Source: an uncultured Gammaproteobacteria bacterium
Lineage (GTDB): Bacteria > Patescibacteriota > Patescibacteriia > S139-126
DNA: 64,000 bases
Reading direction: 5' to 3'
Assembly (NCBI GenBank): GCA_964493305.1
Contig: CAZBLW010000001.1
Coordinates: 241,484-305,483, forward strand
Of this stretch, positions 54,953 to 64,000 are shown one piece after another. A program made the translations under genes and the position numbers. Numbering within the stretch: the stretch's first letter is position 1; every line of letters begins with the position of its first letter. The notes under the pieces were generated by a model that searched no databases, was not told the DNA's origin, and worked only from the letters and a program-made list of their open reading frames with translations.

Positions 54953-55329
54953 TGGTGGAGATGGTGGGCTTTGCACCCACGTGGTAAAAAAGTTTCAACG
55001 CATGATTTACAAATTTAGCCTGATTGGTAAACCAAAAAGATAAAATCAGGCAAAAACTTTTTGGTGGTGCTGAACAATATTTCAGACACAAACAGTCAGC
55101 GTATTTGTATCCAAACCCCAATTATGACACCGCGTAAGAAATCTTGGGGTCAGATTTCAGCGATGGTCGTAGACTAAATTAGGCTACGACTGGTGCAAAG
55201 CTAGGTAGCGCAAAAGCGTTCCTAATTTTGCTCATAAGTGTATTGGCACTTATAGTAGTGGTAGTTTAACGAGTTGCCGCTCGACTTGACCATACGTTTC
55301 TACTTTCTTAGCGAATAGATGACATCCCC
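54953..55329 (-). ncRNA. ssrA: tmRNA (ssrA), about 377 nt, standard one-piece form
   Basis: Sits immediately downstream of smpB on the same strand, in a GC-rich island within AT-rich flanks. The 5' GGGGAUG pairs with 3' CAUCUCC-A-CCA, giving G3-U70 (the alanine identity pair) and an encoded ACCA end. A T-arm-like GUGGG-UGCAAAG-CCCAC sits just before the acceptor 3' strand. A 5' AUUCG D-analogue is present. A candidate tag frame (...AFALPSFAPVVA-UAA, minus strand about 55180-55215) has its stop in the loop of hairpin GUCGUAG/CUACGAC. The T-loop is noncanonical. Confidence 0.65.
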
Positions 55330-55428
55330 AAGAAAAAAAATATAAATTTTAAATTATTAATTATAAATAAATTTTTATTTTGTAATTTCTTAAATTTTAA
55401 AATTTATAATTTACAATTTAAAATTCTT

Positions 55429-55875
55429 TTAATATTCTTTCAAAGTGCGTCTAATTTCTCGATCCGTATCTCTTTTTTTAATAACTGCTTTTTTGTCGAA
55501 TTGTTTTTTTCCACGGACCACAGCCAGTTCTAGCTTAATTAGACCCCTGGTAGTATATAGCCGTAAAGGCACAACTGTCAATCCTTTATTGGTCAACTGA
55601 CCCCTGATATTATTTAATTCTTTTTTAGTAAGTAATAATTTCCTCTGTCTTTTTGGTTCATAATTTTTTTGTACACTAGCTGCAGGCTGATAGGGAGCGA
55701 TATGTAAGCCCACTAGCCAAGCTTGATTGTCTTTGATAGTCACGTAACTACCTTTAAAATCAATTCTTTTCATTTTGACAGATTTGACTTCTGGTCCGGT
55801 CAAAATTAGACCCGCCTCTATTTTTTGTAGGGGAAGGAAGTTGAATAACGCTTGTTTATTGGTCATTATTTCCAT
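55429..55875 (-). CDS. smpB: SsrA-binding protein
   Basis: LTGPEVKSVK...TRGLIKLELAVVRGKKQFDKK pattern; 148 aa. Confidence 0.9.
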   Translation of the reverse strand: MEIMTNKQALFNFLPLQKIEAGLILTGPEVKSVKMKRIDFKGSYVTIKDNQAWLVGLHIAPYQPAASVQKNYEPKRQRKLLLTKKELNNIRGQLTNKGLTVVPLRLYTTRGLIKLELAVVRGKKQFDKKAVIKKRDTDREIRRTLKEY

Positions 55876-55958
55876 AGCTTAATTGTAACTTAAACTACCA
55901 GAGCAAACAAATGGTTTTACTTGCTGAATTTGTTTAAAATCATTACTATAAAATCAAG

Positions 55959-57677
55959 ATGAGCGATATTTACACACAATTAAAACAGGTAATTGCCGAC
56001 CAAACTAAACTAGATAATTTTTCTTTGACCATACCACCTCAAGCTGATTTTGGTGATCTTAGTACCAACGTGGCTTTATTGGTGGCCAAACAAAAAAACC
56101 AAGATCCACAAGCGACAGCCAAAGAGTTGGCAACTGCTTTGCAATCTGATCCTTGGTTGGTGGCCAATGATATAAAAATTACTATTGCCGGTCAAGGTTT
56201 TATAAATTTTTTTATGCCTGCTAGTATTTTGTCAGCAGTTATTTGGCGAACAGCTTGGTCAAAAAAATTTACTAAAAAAAATCTTACTAAGCGAAAAAAA
56301 ATAATTATTGAATACTCATCGCCCAACACCAACAAACCTTTACACTTGGGTCATTTGCGCAATGATGCGATTGGTATGAGTCTGGCTAAAATTTATGAAC
56401 ACTTTGGCTATCAGGTTATAAAGACCGAAGTGATCAACGATCGGGGTATTCATATTATGAAAAGTTTATTGGCCTACCAAAAATGGGGTCAAGCTACCAA
56501 TCCTAAAAAAGAGGGTTGCAAAGGAGATAAATTGGTTGGTAATTTTTATGTCCAATTTAATCAAGCTGCCAAGCAGGATCCGGGGTTGTTAGCTGAGGCG
56601 GCGGCTTTACTGCAAGCTTGGGAAAAAAAAGACAAGAAAGTAGTGTCATTATGGGAAAAATTGAATACTTGGGTTTATAATGGTTGGCAACAAACTTACA
56701 AAATTTATAATTCTAAATTTGATGTGGTTTATTATGAAAGTAAACTTTATGATCAAGGCCGAGAGATTATTAAACGTGCAGGACAGCAGGGGATAGTCAA
56801 ACAAAATTCAGAAGGTGCTTGGGTTATTGATTTGAGTGCCTACGGTCTAGGTGGCCGCGATAGTGGTGAAAAAGTTTTATTACGTCCCGATGGTACTACC
56901 GTATATATGACGCAGGATATTTATTTGGCAGTTAAAAGATATCAAGATTTTGCTTTTGATAAAATGATATATGTTGTAGGTGATGAGCAAATTTATCATT
57001 TTAAGGTATTGTTTAAATTGTTAGAGATTTTGGGTTTTAGTTGGTATCAAAAATGTCAACATTATCCTTACGGACAAGTTTTGTTGCCTTCGGGCAAAAT
57101 GAAATCTCGTGAAGGCACTGTGGTTGATGCTGATGATTTAATTAATGATTTAACCAACCGCGCTTTAGTGGAAGTCAAAAAAAGACAAACCCATCTTTCA
57201 GTAAAAAAACAAACTGATTTGGCCACTACTATTGCCGTAGCGGCAATAAAATATTGGTTTTTAAAAACCAGTCCCAAATCAACTATCACTTTTGATCCCC
57301 AGGCTTCACTGAGTTTGGAAGGAAATACCGGACCTTATTTGCTTTATACTTTAGTAAGGTTGAAAAAAGTAATAAGTCGAGCCAAAGTAAAAAAGATAAA
57401 AGCAGTAATTTATCAGACTGAAGAAATTCCCTTGGTCAGAAAAATTTGGCAGTTTCCTTTGGCTTTGCAAACCTATTTTGATCGTCAGCAAGCTAACTAC
57501 TTAACAGAGTATTTATATAGCTTGGCCAGTTTAGTAAATAATTATTACCAGCAAGTACCTATTTTGCGCGCTCCAGAAAAGATTAGACAACAAAGATTGC
57601 AGTTGATTAGAGCTGCGGCCAATATTCTGGAATTAGGCCTTGATTTGCTCAATATTAAAACGGTTGATAAAATGTAA
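55959..57677 (+). CDS. argS: Arginine--tRNA ligase
   Basis: HIGH-class motif SSPNTNKPLHLGHLRN, catalytic core and C-terminal DALR anticodon-binding domain. Confidence 0.9.
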   Translation: MSDIYTQLKQVIADQTKLDNFSLTIPPQADFGDLSTNVALLVAKQKNQDPQATAKELATALQSDPWLVANDIKITIAGQGFINFFMPASILSAVIWRTAWSKKFTKKNLTKRKKIIIEYSSPNTNKPLHLGHLRNDAIGMSLAKIYEHFGYQVIKTEVINDRGIHIMKSLLAYQKWGQATNPKKEGCKGDKLVGNFYVQFNQAAKQDPGLLAEAAALLQAWEKKDKKVVSLWEKLNTWVYNGWQQTYKIYNSKFDVVYYESKLYDQGREIIKRAGQQGIVKQNSEGAWVIDLSAYGLGGRDSGEKVLLRPDGTTVYMTQDIYLAVKRYQDFAFDKMIYVVGDEQIYHFKVLFKLLEILGFSWYQKCQHYPYGQVLLPSGKMKSREGTVVDADDLINDLTNRALVEVKKRQTHLSVKKQTDLATTIAVAAIKYWFLKTSPKSTITFDPQASLSLEGNTGPYLLYTLVRLKKVISRAKVKKIKAVIYQTEEIPLVRKIWQFPLALQTYFDRQQANYLTEYLYSLASLVNNYYQQVPILRAPEKIRQQRLQLIRAAANILELGLDLLNIKTVDKM

Positions 57678-57679
57678 CT

Positions 57680-58003
57680 ATGAATCAAGCTAAATGGTCA
57701 AATTTTATTGAACTGGTAAAAAATCAATTCACAGTAATAGACCAAGGTGATTACCAAACTGATATTCCTGGTGAAACAGTACAGTTTATTGAGTGGCACA
57801 ATGGTACTAAAGATATGCGGGCAGAATTGCATCTAAAACCGAAAGTGGTGGATAAAAAAACCTTTTACAGCAATCGTATTGGTAGTACAGTCAAAGAAGA
57901 GTATGTTTATGCGCCTGATGAAACAGTAGAATTTACTAAGTTTTTTGAAAAAAATCCTAGCAGTGATGATTGGCAAGAGGTTGATCTGGCCAAATATATG
58001 TGA
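57680..58003 (+). CDS. Hypothetical protein (107 aa)
   Basis: ORF tightly coupled to the argS stop. Confidence 0.4.
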   Translation: MNQAKWSNFIELVKNQFTVIDQGDYQTDIPGETVQFIEWHNGTKDMRAELHLKPKVVDKKTFYSNRIGSTVKEEYVYAPDETVEFTKFFEKNPSSDDWQEVDLAKYM

Positions 58004-58106
58004 AAAAAACCATTTGCCTTTTTTAATCTTTGAGTGTTATAATAACATAAGTAAATTTTATTAAATTAATATCCTAATAATTAATTAGGGAAAGGACATA
58101 GCATTT

Positions 58107-58595
58107 ATGGAACCAAATACAACCAAAGCAGGAGAGGGTACTGCTTTTCAAAAACCAGCCAAAGCTAGTGGTGGTTTTGTTAAATGGGTAATTGTAGTAG
58201 TAGTTATTGCTTTAATTATTGTGTTAGGTTTGTATTTTATTTCTAAATACAGCCGTTTCAATGTTTTGGGTTTATCCGGAGGTAGCAATAGTTGGCAAGC
58301 AGTCTTTTTAACCAACGGTCAGGTATATTTTGGTAAGGTAGTGAAGGAAACCAGCAAGAACGTTGTGTTAAGGGATATTTATTATTTACAAGTTACTCAA
58401 CCTTTACAAACTTCTGGCGAGCAACAACAAGCAGCTGCTCAAAATGAGTTATCTTTGGTAAAATTGGGCAATGAATTACACGGACCAAAAGATGAAATGA
58501 GAATTAACGGTGCTCACGTTTTATTCGTTGAAGATTTAAAACCAGACAGTCGAGTAGTTGAAGCCATCACCAATTACAAAAATTCACAGCAGTAA
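58107..58595 (+). CDS. Hypothetical membrane-anchored protein (162 aa)
   Basis: N-terminal TM then soluble domain; good SD (GGGAAAGGA). Confidence 0.45.
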   Translation: MEPNTTKAGEGTAFQKPAKASGGFVKWVIVVVVIALIIVLGLYFISKYSRFNVLGLSGGSNSWQAVFLTNGQVYFGKVVKETSKNVVLRDIYYLQVTQPLQTSGEQQQAAAQNELSLVKLGNELHGPKDEMRINGAHVLFVEDLKPDSRVVEAITNYKNSQQ

Positions 58596-58631
58596 GCTAG
58601 TAGTTCGAATTTTCAATTTTGCATTTACTAT

Positions 58632-58663
58632 AAAGTCCGCACCGAGTGTGCGGACTTTATTTA
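58632..58663 (+). terminator. Intrinsic terminator (AAGTCCGCAC-CGAGT-GTGCGGACTT + T-run)
   Basis: Read directly. Confidence 0.65.
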
Positions 58664-58746
58664 GTTTGTCTTTTTTGTTAGTTAAATTGACTTTTGCTTG
58701 TTTTTTCAGTACAATTTAAACATTCTATTAATTTTTTGTTTATATT

Positions 58747-61746
58747 ATGAGTCATTTAGATTTTCCTAAATTGGAAGAAGAAATATCAACTTTTTGGGAA
58801 AAAGAAAAAATTTTTCAAAAATCCCTAGATAAGGATTCACCTCAAGGTGAGTTTGTTTTTTATGAAGGTCCGCCAACTGCCAATGGTAAGCCCGGTATTC
58901 ATCACGTTTTAGCCAGAGCCTTCAAGGATTTAATTCCTCGTTATAAAACCATGCGCGGTTATCATGTAACTAGAAAAGCCGGTTGGGATACGCACGGACT
59001 TCCCGTAGAGTTACAAGTTGAAAAAGAACTGGGTATTTCCGGTAAACCCCAGATTGAATCTTTACGAGACAATATTGCTGATTCCATAAAGTATTTCAAT
59101 AGTAAATGTAAAGAATCAGTTTGGCAGTATAAAGAAGAATGGGAAAAACTTACCCGCCGCATGGGATTTTGGCTAGATATGGATAATCCTTATGTGACTT
59201 ATGAGAATAATTATATTGAAACTCTGTGGTGGATAATCAGACAAGTTTATGATAAAGGATTAATTTACCAAGGACATAAAGTTGTACCTCATTGTCCACG
59301 TTGTGGTACTGCACTTTCCAGTCACGAAGTAGCCCAAGGCTATCGTGAGGTGAAGGATCAATCAGTTTATATAAAATTCAGAGTTAAGAATAATGAATTA
59401 AGAATTAAGGGGGAAGATAATAGTGATGTTCCACTTTATATTCTTTCTTGGACTACTACACCTTGGACACTGCCGGGAAATGTAGCCCTGGCAGTGGGAA
59501 GTGATTTTGAATATGTCAAAGTTAGAATTAAGAATGAAGAATTAAGAATTAAGGAGGATTTAATAATTGCTAAGTCAAGGTTGAGTGTTTTGGGGCAGAT
59601 AGAGTGCGAAATTTTGGCTGAGTTTAAAGGCAGTGATTTAGTGGGAGTAGAATACGAACCGCTTTTTTCTGGCGCAATTTTAGAAACAGTAAAAAATTAT
59701 AAAAATGCTTATAAGGTTTATCCCGCTGATTTTGTTACCACTGAAGATGGTACCGGCGTGGTGCACACCGCAGTAATGTATGGTGAGGATGATTACAATT
59801 TGGGGGAAGAGGTTGATTTACCAAAAGTACATACCGTAAATGAAGACGGTAATTTTTCCTTCAAGCTTCAAGCTTCAAGCTTCAAGATTCTTGAAACCTT
59901 ACAAGATAAATTTGTCAAAGCTGAGGAAACAGAAAAAATCATTATCAATTATTTACAAGAACAAAAATTATTATTTAAACAAGAATTATATAAGCATGAT
60001 TATCCTTTTTGTTGGCGTTGTGATACTCCTTTACTTTATTACGCTAAGGATTCCTGGTTTATAAAAATGTCAGCTTTGCGTGAACAATTAAAAAACAACA
60101 ATCAAAATATAAACTGGGTACCCAGTCATATTAAAACGGGTCGTTTTGGTGAATGGTTGGATGGTGTCAAAGATTGGGCGATTTCTCGAGAGCGGTATTG
60201 GGGAACTCCCTTGCCAATTTGGAAATGCCAAGCCAATCAGAATAAAGAATTAAGAATCAAGAATCAAGAAGAATGCAGAAATATCAAAGTGATTGGTTCG
60301 TTTGCCGAGTTGGAAAAATTAAGCGGACAAAAAATAACCGATGCTCATCGGCCCTTGGTAGATGAAATTAAAATCAAGTGTGAACAGTGTGGTGGTGAAA
60401 TGGTTAGAGATACGGCTGTACTTGATTGTTGGTTTGACTCTGGAGCGATGCCGTTTGCGCAAATTCATTATCCGTTTGCCAATAAAGAATTGATTGATCA
60501 GAAAAATTGGTATCCAGCGGATTTTATTTGTGAGGCCATCGATCAAACTAGAGGGTGGTTTTATACTTTATTGGCAATTGCTACTTTACTTGATCAAGGA
60601 AGCCCTTATCAAAATGTTATTTGTCTCGGGCATATCAACGATAAGTATGGTAAAAAAATGTCCAAAAGCAAAGGCAATATTGTTGATCCCTGGGATATTA
60701 TGAATAAATATGGTGCTGATGCCTTGCGTTGGCATTTTTATACTATCAATCAACCCGGAGAGCCCAAAAATTTTGATGCCCAAAAAGTTGAAGAGGTGGT
60801 GAAAAAAAATTGGTTAATTTTGTCGAATGTACTGACCTTTTATAAAATGTATGCCGATCAAATTACCACTGTTACAAAAAATCCTGCTACTGATTTGCTC
60901 GATCAGTGGATTATGGCTTATTTACAACAAACCGTAATAAATGTTACTAAGGCGCTTGATAATTATGATATAACCCAAGCCGCCAGAACATTAACTGATT
61001 TTATCAATGATTTATCGACTTGGTATGTGCGGCGCAGTCGACAAAGATTCAAAGTCGGTGGTGAACCCCAAGCACAAGCAGTAAAAACTCTCGGATTTGT
61101 TTTGTTGGAATTTTCCAAATTGTTAGCACCTTTTGCACCGCATCTTGCAGAAAATATTTATCAAGAGTTGATCAAAAATTGTCCGGTCAAAGATCAAAGT
61201 TTTTCCCAGTCGGTTCACTTAGCCAATTGGCCACAACTAAATACGCTAGCTGAACCTAGTCACAATTTATTGCAGACCATGACTGAAGTTCGTGGAATTG
61301 TTACTCAGGCACTGGCTTTACGAGCAGAAGCAAAAATCAAAATTAGACAACCATTATCTACCCTTTATATCAAACAAAACAAATTACCAGCTGAATATTT
61401 GGAAATTTTACGTGATGAGGTAAATGTAAATGAAGTAGTTTTAGGTGCTGCGGAAATTAAATTGGACACAGAAATAAACGAATCCTTAGCACGAGCTGGT
61501 CATGCTCGAGAATTAATTCGTACTATAAACAATTTACGCAAACAGGCAGGTTTAACCATTACCGATAAGGTTGTTTTGTATTTGGTATTGTCTAAGCACT
61601 TGCAGTCACTTTTAGAACCAGTATTGGAAACTATTCAGAGTAATACATTGAGCGAGCAAGTTGTGTTTGAGCAACAATCTGACATTATGGCTCAAGAAAT
61701 AAATTTAGCTGACGAAAAAATTTGGGTAGGGATAAAAAAAATATGA
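58747..61746 (+). CDS. ileS: Isoleucine--tRNA ligase (type 2-like, Zn-binding C-terminus) containing short in-frame repeat modules
   Basis: HIGH (PPTANGKPGIHHVLAR), WTTTPWTLPGN, FCWRCDTPL, KMSKSKGN. There are three ELRIK-encoding AGAATTAAGAAT-type repeats and a (TCAAGC)x3 tandem repeat. Confidence 0.9.
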   Translation: MSHLDFPKLEEEISTFWEKEKIFQKSLDKDSPQGEFVFYEGPPTANGKPGIHHVLARAFKDLIPRYKTMRGYHVTRKAGWDTHGLPVELQVEKELGISGKPQIESLRDNIADSIKYFNSKCKESVWQYKEEWEKLTRRMGFWLDMDNPYVTYENNYIETLWWIIRQVYDKGLIYQGHKVVPHCPRCGTALSSHEVAQGYREVKDQSVYIKFRVKNNELRIKGEDNSDVPLYILSWTTTPWTLPGNVALAVGSDFEYVKVRIKNEELRIKEDLIIAKSRLSVLGQIECEILAEFKGSDLVGVEYEPLFSGAILETVKNYKNAYKVYPADFVTTEDGTGVVHTAVMYGEDDYNLGEEVDLPKVHTVNEDGNFSFKLQASSFKILETLQDKFVKAEETEKIIINYLQEQKLLFKQELYKHDYPFCWRCDTPLLYYAKDSWFIKMSALREQLKNNNQNINWVPSHIKTGRFGEWLDGVKDWAISRERYWGTPLPIWKCQANQNKELRIKNQEECRNIKVIGSFAELEKLSGQKITDAHRPLVDEIKIKCEQCGGEMVRDTAVLDCWFDSGAMPFAQIHYPFANKELIDQKNWYPADFICEAIDQTRGWFYTLLAIATLLDQGSPYQNVICLGHINDKYGKKMSKSKGNIVDPWDIMNKYGADALRWHFYTINQPGEPKNFDAQKVEEVVKKNWLILSNVLTFYKMYADQITTVTKNPATDLLDQWIMAYLQQTVINVTKALDNYDITQAARTLTDFINDLSTWYVRRSRQRFKVGGEPQAQAVKTLGFVLLEFSKLLAPFAPHLAENIYQELIKNCPVKDQSFSQSVHLANWPQLNTLAEPSHNLLQTMTEVRGIVTQALALRAEAKIKIRQPLSTLYIKQNKLPAEYLEILRDEVNVNEVVLGAAEIKLDTEINESLARAGHARELIRTINNLRKQAGLTITDKVVLYLVLSKHLQSLLEPVLETIQSNTLSEQVVFEQQSDIMAQEINLADEKIWVGIKKI

Positions 61747-62528
61747 CCATAATTTTACCAGCAGTAATTTTGCGTCATCAACCGATTGGAGAAAATGATT
61801 TATTGGTAACGTTTTTTACTAAAGAGAAAGGAAAATTAACCGCTCGTGCCAAAGGGGTTAGAAAAGCTCAAGCTAAGTTACGAGGTCTGATCGAAGTAGG
61901 TAATGAGATTAAAATAATGTTAGCACCGGGGAAAAATCAAATACACATAGCTGGCGGTGAGATTATTGATAGTCATCTTTTATTACGTCAGGATTTGGAG
62001 TTAATGTTGTTGTGGCAGTCCTTGTTGGAAGTTGTAAATTATTCAACCGTACCCAACGAAATTGAACAAGTAGTTTATGATTTGATTGTGAATTGGTCAA
62101 AATTTTTACAAAGTAATTTTAAAAAGAAATCACCCCGCAATCCTTTGATTTTTTATTTGCTTACTTGGCAGTTTTTTTCTTTACTTGGCTTTCAACCCCA
62201 GCTCTACAAATGTTTGCGGAGCAATCAACTACTGTCGGCTGAGGACTGCTTTTTTTCTGTTGTTGAGGGAGGTGTAGTAAAAGCCAAGTATGCCAACGGT
62301 TCTGACTTGCCTTTATCATTAGCTGGTTTAAAAATTTTGCGATATTTATTGGGGGATAATTTTTGGAACGTATTGGCTGATGTTTATCGTTTCAAAATAA
62401 GTCAACAGCAAATTAATCAATTAGAAAAAGTTTTAATCAAATATACAGAATCAATTATTGAAAAAAAGATTAACAGTCTAAATTATTTACAAATAGTAAA
62501 TCTGTATGGAAATAAAATCTTGGCGTGA
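61743..62528 (+). CDS. recO: DNA repair protein RecO
   Basis: RecO N-terminal OB region (AVILRHQPIGENDLLVTFFTKEKGKLTARAKGVRKAQAKLRG); ATG overlaps the ileS stop (ATGA). Confidence 0.8.
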   Translation: MTIILPAVILRHQPIGENDLLVTFFTKEKGKLTARAKGVRKAQAKLRGLIEVGNEIKIMLAPGKNQIHIAGGEIIDSHLLLRQDLELMLLWQSLLEVVNYSTVPNEIEQVVYDLIVNWSKFLQSNFKKKSPRNPLIFYLLTWQFFSLLGFQPQLYKCLRSNQLLSAEDCFFSVVEGGVVKAKYANGSDLPLSLAGLKILRYLLGDNFWNVLADVYRFKISQQQINQLEKVLIKYTESIIEKKINSLNYLQIVNLYGNKILA

Positions 62529-64000
62529 GCTTAGTAAAAAGAAATCCCGGCGGAGGAAAAATAAGTTGTCGCGAGCGTCCCAAAATAATTTACCAACCGC
62601 TGAAATTACCACTGCTATTGAGCAGATGTATTTGAGCCAGACACCAGCGGTTGCTAGTCAGGAAGAACAAAATGATAACAATATGAAAAAAAACAATTAT
62701 TATAAAAAAAGTAAATTTAGTCAGTCAAAGAAAACCAGCCATAATAAAAAAATAAAAAATGGTATTTTTTGGATGATAATTGTTTTTTTACTGTTGTCAT
62801 CAGCTACCTTGCTTTATAGTGCTTTTCGTTTTGGCGGAGCGGGTAGTAGTCGTGATGATATTGAGCTTACTTTAACTGGACCGGAATCGGTAGCGATTGG
62901 AGAAGAATCAACTTGGGTTATAAATTACAAAAATATTAGTAAAGTTAATTTGGAAAAGATTAATATTTCAGTTCGTTATCCTGATGGTTTAAAATTGAAA
63001 TCTACTGAACCGGCCGCTGATAATTTATTGAATACCAGTTGGCAAATGGGTGAATTGCCAAAAGGCGAAGCCGGAGAAATAAAAATAAACGCCCAACTAT
63101 ATGGTGAAGAAAATGATTCCAAAGATTTTGTTGTTGAAGTTGTGTACCAACCAGCCAATTTTAGTTCGGATTTTATTGAATCTTTAACTAAATCAGTCAA
63201 ATTGGGACAATCGCAATTTTCCATTGCTTGGCAATTGCCCGAGTCAATTCTACCAGAAGTCGAACAAGATATGTCCTGGCAAATTAGTAATCTTAGTGGT
63301 CAAGAGCTATCAGCTGTTAGAATTCGTTTAATCACTAGTAAAAATTTTGTTATGACCAATCCACGTCCGGAAATAGCAGAAATTGCTGATGTACCAGAAG
63401 GTAAGGCATATATTTGGCCTACCAGAAATTTTATGAATAATCAGTCAATAAGTTTTAATTTTAAAGGAAAATTTTCCGCGGGCGTAAGTGGTTTAGAAAA
63501 ATTTAAAATTGAAATTAGCAGCGGTGAAGACAATGTAAAAGTTCTGCAGGAAACTGAAAAAAATATTGTTATCTTAGGTGAAGAATTGGCTTTACAAATG
63601 ACTATAAACAATCAAACTACTTTAAACGAAGTAGCGCCTGGTCAGAAATTGAATTATCAATTAATTTTACAAAATACTTCCGGTCTTGATTTAAAGGATT
63701 TACAAGTAGTGCTTAAAACCAATGCTGATATGGTTGCTTGGGAGACTTTAAAAACGGCAGTTGAACCAACTATTGGTGAAGATGGCCAGATTATTTTAAC
63801 TGGTGATAATTTTCCTTTATTACAAACTTTGGCCAAAGGTCAAGAGCTAAAAATAAATTATGAAGTTAGTTTAAAAAACAACCTAACTAATTTATCTGAC
63901 AACTACCGTACTTACGCAGAAGTAACGGTTGGAAAAGTTGGTGAAGAACAGAAAAACGATTTAAGTTTTTCTACCCCGGTGCAATCAGCTAAAATAATTT
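62506..64000 (+). CDS. Large cell-surface protein with repeated Ig-like (DUF11/CARDB-like) domains, 3'-partial at window end
   Basis: Hand translation from ATG 62506 stays open to the window end. It has a basic N-terminus, a TM anchor (GIFWMIIVFLLLSSATLLY), then repeated beta-rich about 100-aa modules. It is not in the ORF track because no stop lies within the window. Confidence 0.5.
   Translation, partial: MEIKSWRELSKKKSRRRKNKLSRASQNNLPTAEITTAIEQMYLSQTPAVASQEEQNDNNMKKNNYYKKSKFSQSKKTSHNKKIKNGIFWMIIVFLLLSSATLLYSAFRFGGAGSSRDDIELTLTGPESVAIGEESTWVINYKNISKVNLEKINISVRYPDGLKLKSTEPAADNLLNTSWQMGELPKGEAGEIKINAQLYGEENDSKDFVVEVVYQPANFSSDFIESLTKSVKLGQSQFSIAWQLPESILPEVEQDMSWQISNLSGQELSAVRIRLITSKNFVMTNPRPEIAEIADVPEGKAYIWPTRNFMNNQSISFNFKGKFSAGVSGLEKFKIEISSGEDNVKVLQETEKNIVILGEELALQMTINNQTTLNEVAPGQKLNYQLILQNTSGLDLKDLQVVLKTNADMVAWETLKTAVEPTIGEDGQIILTGDNFPLLQTLAKGQELKINYEVSLKNNLTNLSDNYRTYAEVTVGKVGEEQKNDLSFSTPVQSAKII

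Noticed and set aside
54876-55121. 81-aa minus-strand ORF
   Set aside because: It lies wholly inside the tmRNA gene.
47038-63224. Other shadow ORFs inside patatin, GAF, the hypothetical operon, argS, ileS and the Ig-repeat protein (for example 47038-47476, 47843-48324, 50197-50413, 50661-50903, 51186-51368, 52632-53091, 57068-57289, 58962-59162, 59840-60064, 60319-60783, 62976-63224)
   Set aside because: They are overlapped by better-supported genes on the opposite strand or another frame.
1-64000. CRISPR arrays, rRNA genes, integrases/transposases, reverse transcriptase (DGR)
   Set aside because: None found. The only repeats are short (a 15-nt and a 23-nt tRNA-derived direct repeat, 11-12-mer AT-rich motifs, and microsatellite-like units inside ileS).

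Overview
This is an AT-rich (roughly mid-30s % GC by eye), tightly packed bacterial chromosomal segment. It uses the standard genetic code: RF2 (prfB) is present and TGA acts as a stop codon. Gene content and style point to a reduced-genome bacterium of the Patescibacteria/CPR type. That placement is inference from many small hypothetical membrane and secreted proteins, a competence/type IV pilus apparatus, overlapping start/stop codons, and a small GIY-YIG gene.

The main blocks are:
- 1-12.5 kb: an NrdR-controlled class II (B12-type) ribonucleotide reductase sits with a PduO-type cobalamin adenosyltransferase, a DUF4430 (transcobalamin-like) protein and an ECF-S-like membrane protein. Then come HtrA, RF2, the B12-dependent epoxyqueuosine reductase QueG and a ComEC split into two ORFs.
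- 12.5-22.9 kb: response regulator, Ndk, an orphan structured RNA candidate, a GIY-YIG nuclease gene wedged against tRNA-Pro behind a 15-nt duplicate of the tRNA 5' end, TraX-like and DUF1461 membrane proteins, cupin, CAP-domain and Gmad2 proteins, a Cas4-like PD-(D/E)XK nuclease, RlmE and a site-2 protease.
- 23-36.7 kb: a complete type IV pilus locus (large secreted protein, pilM/N/O, pilB, a REC domain, pilT, pilC, major pilin with a consensus promoter, pilD, four minor pilins).
- 36.7-49.4 kb: LigA, a nested-helix structured element, a noncanonical tRNA(CAU), gatCA, TrxB, DsbA-like, Lgt, tRNA-Asp followed by a 23-nt direct repeat of its own 3' end, a DacA-like carboxypeptidase, patatin, GAF + CYTH, and VIT1.
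- 49.4-64 kb: a three-gene hypothetical membrane operon, a VirB2/TrbC-like small protein, an orphan promoter/terminator mini-transcript, rplT-rpmI-infC (infC with a non-AUG start), a tmRNA (ssrA) beside smpB, ArgS, IleS carrying short in-frame repeat modules, RecO, and the start of a large Ig-repeat surface protein.

No rRNA, CRISPR array, integrase or transposase was found.
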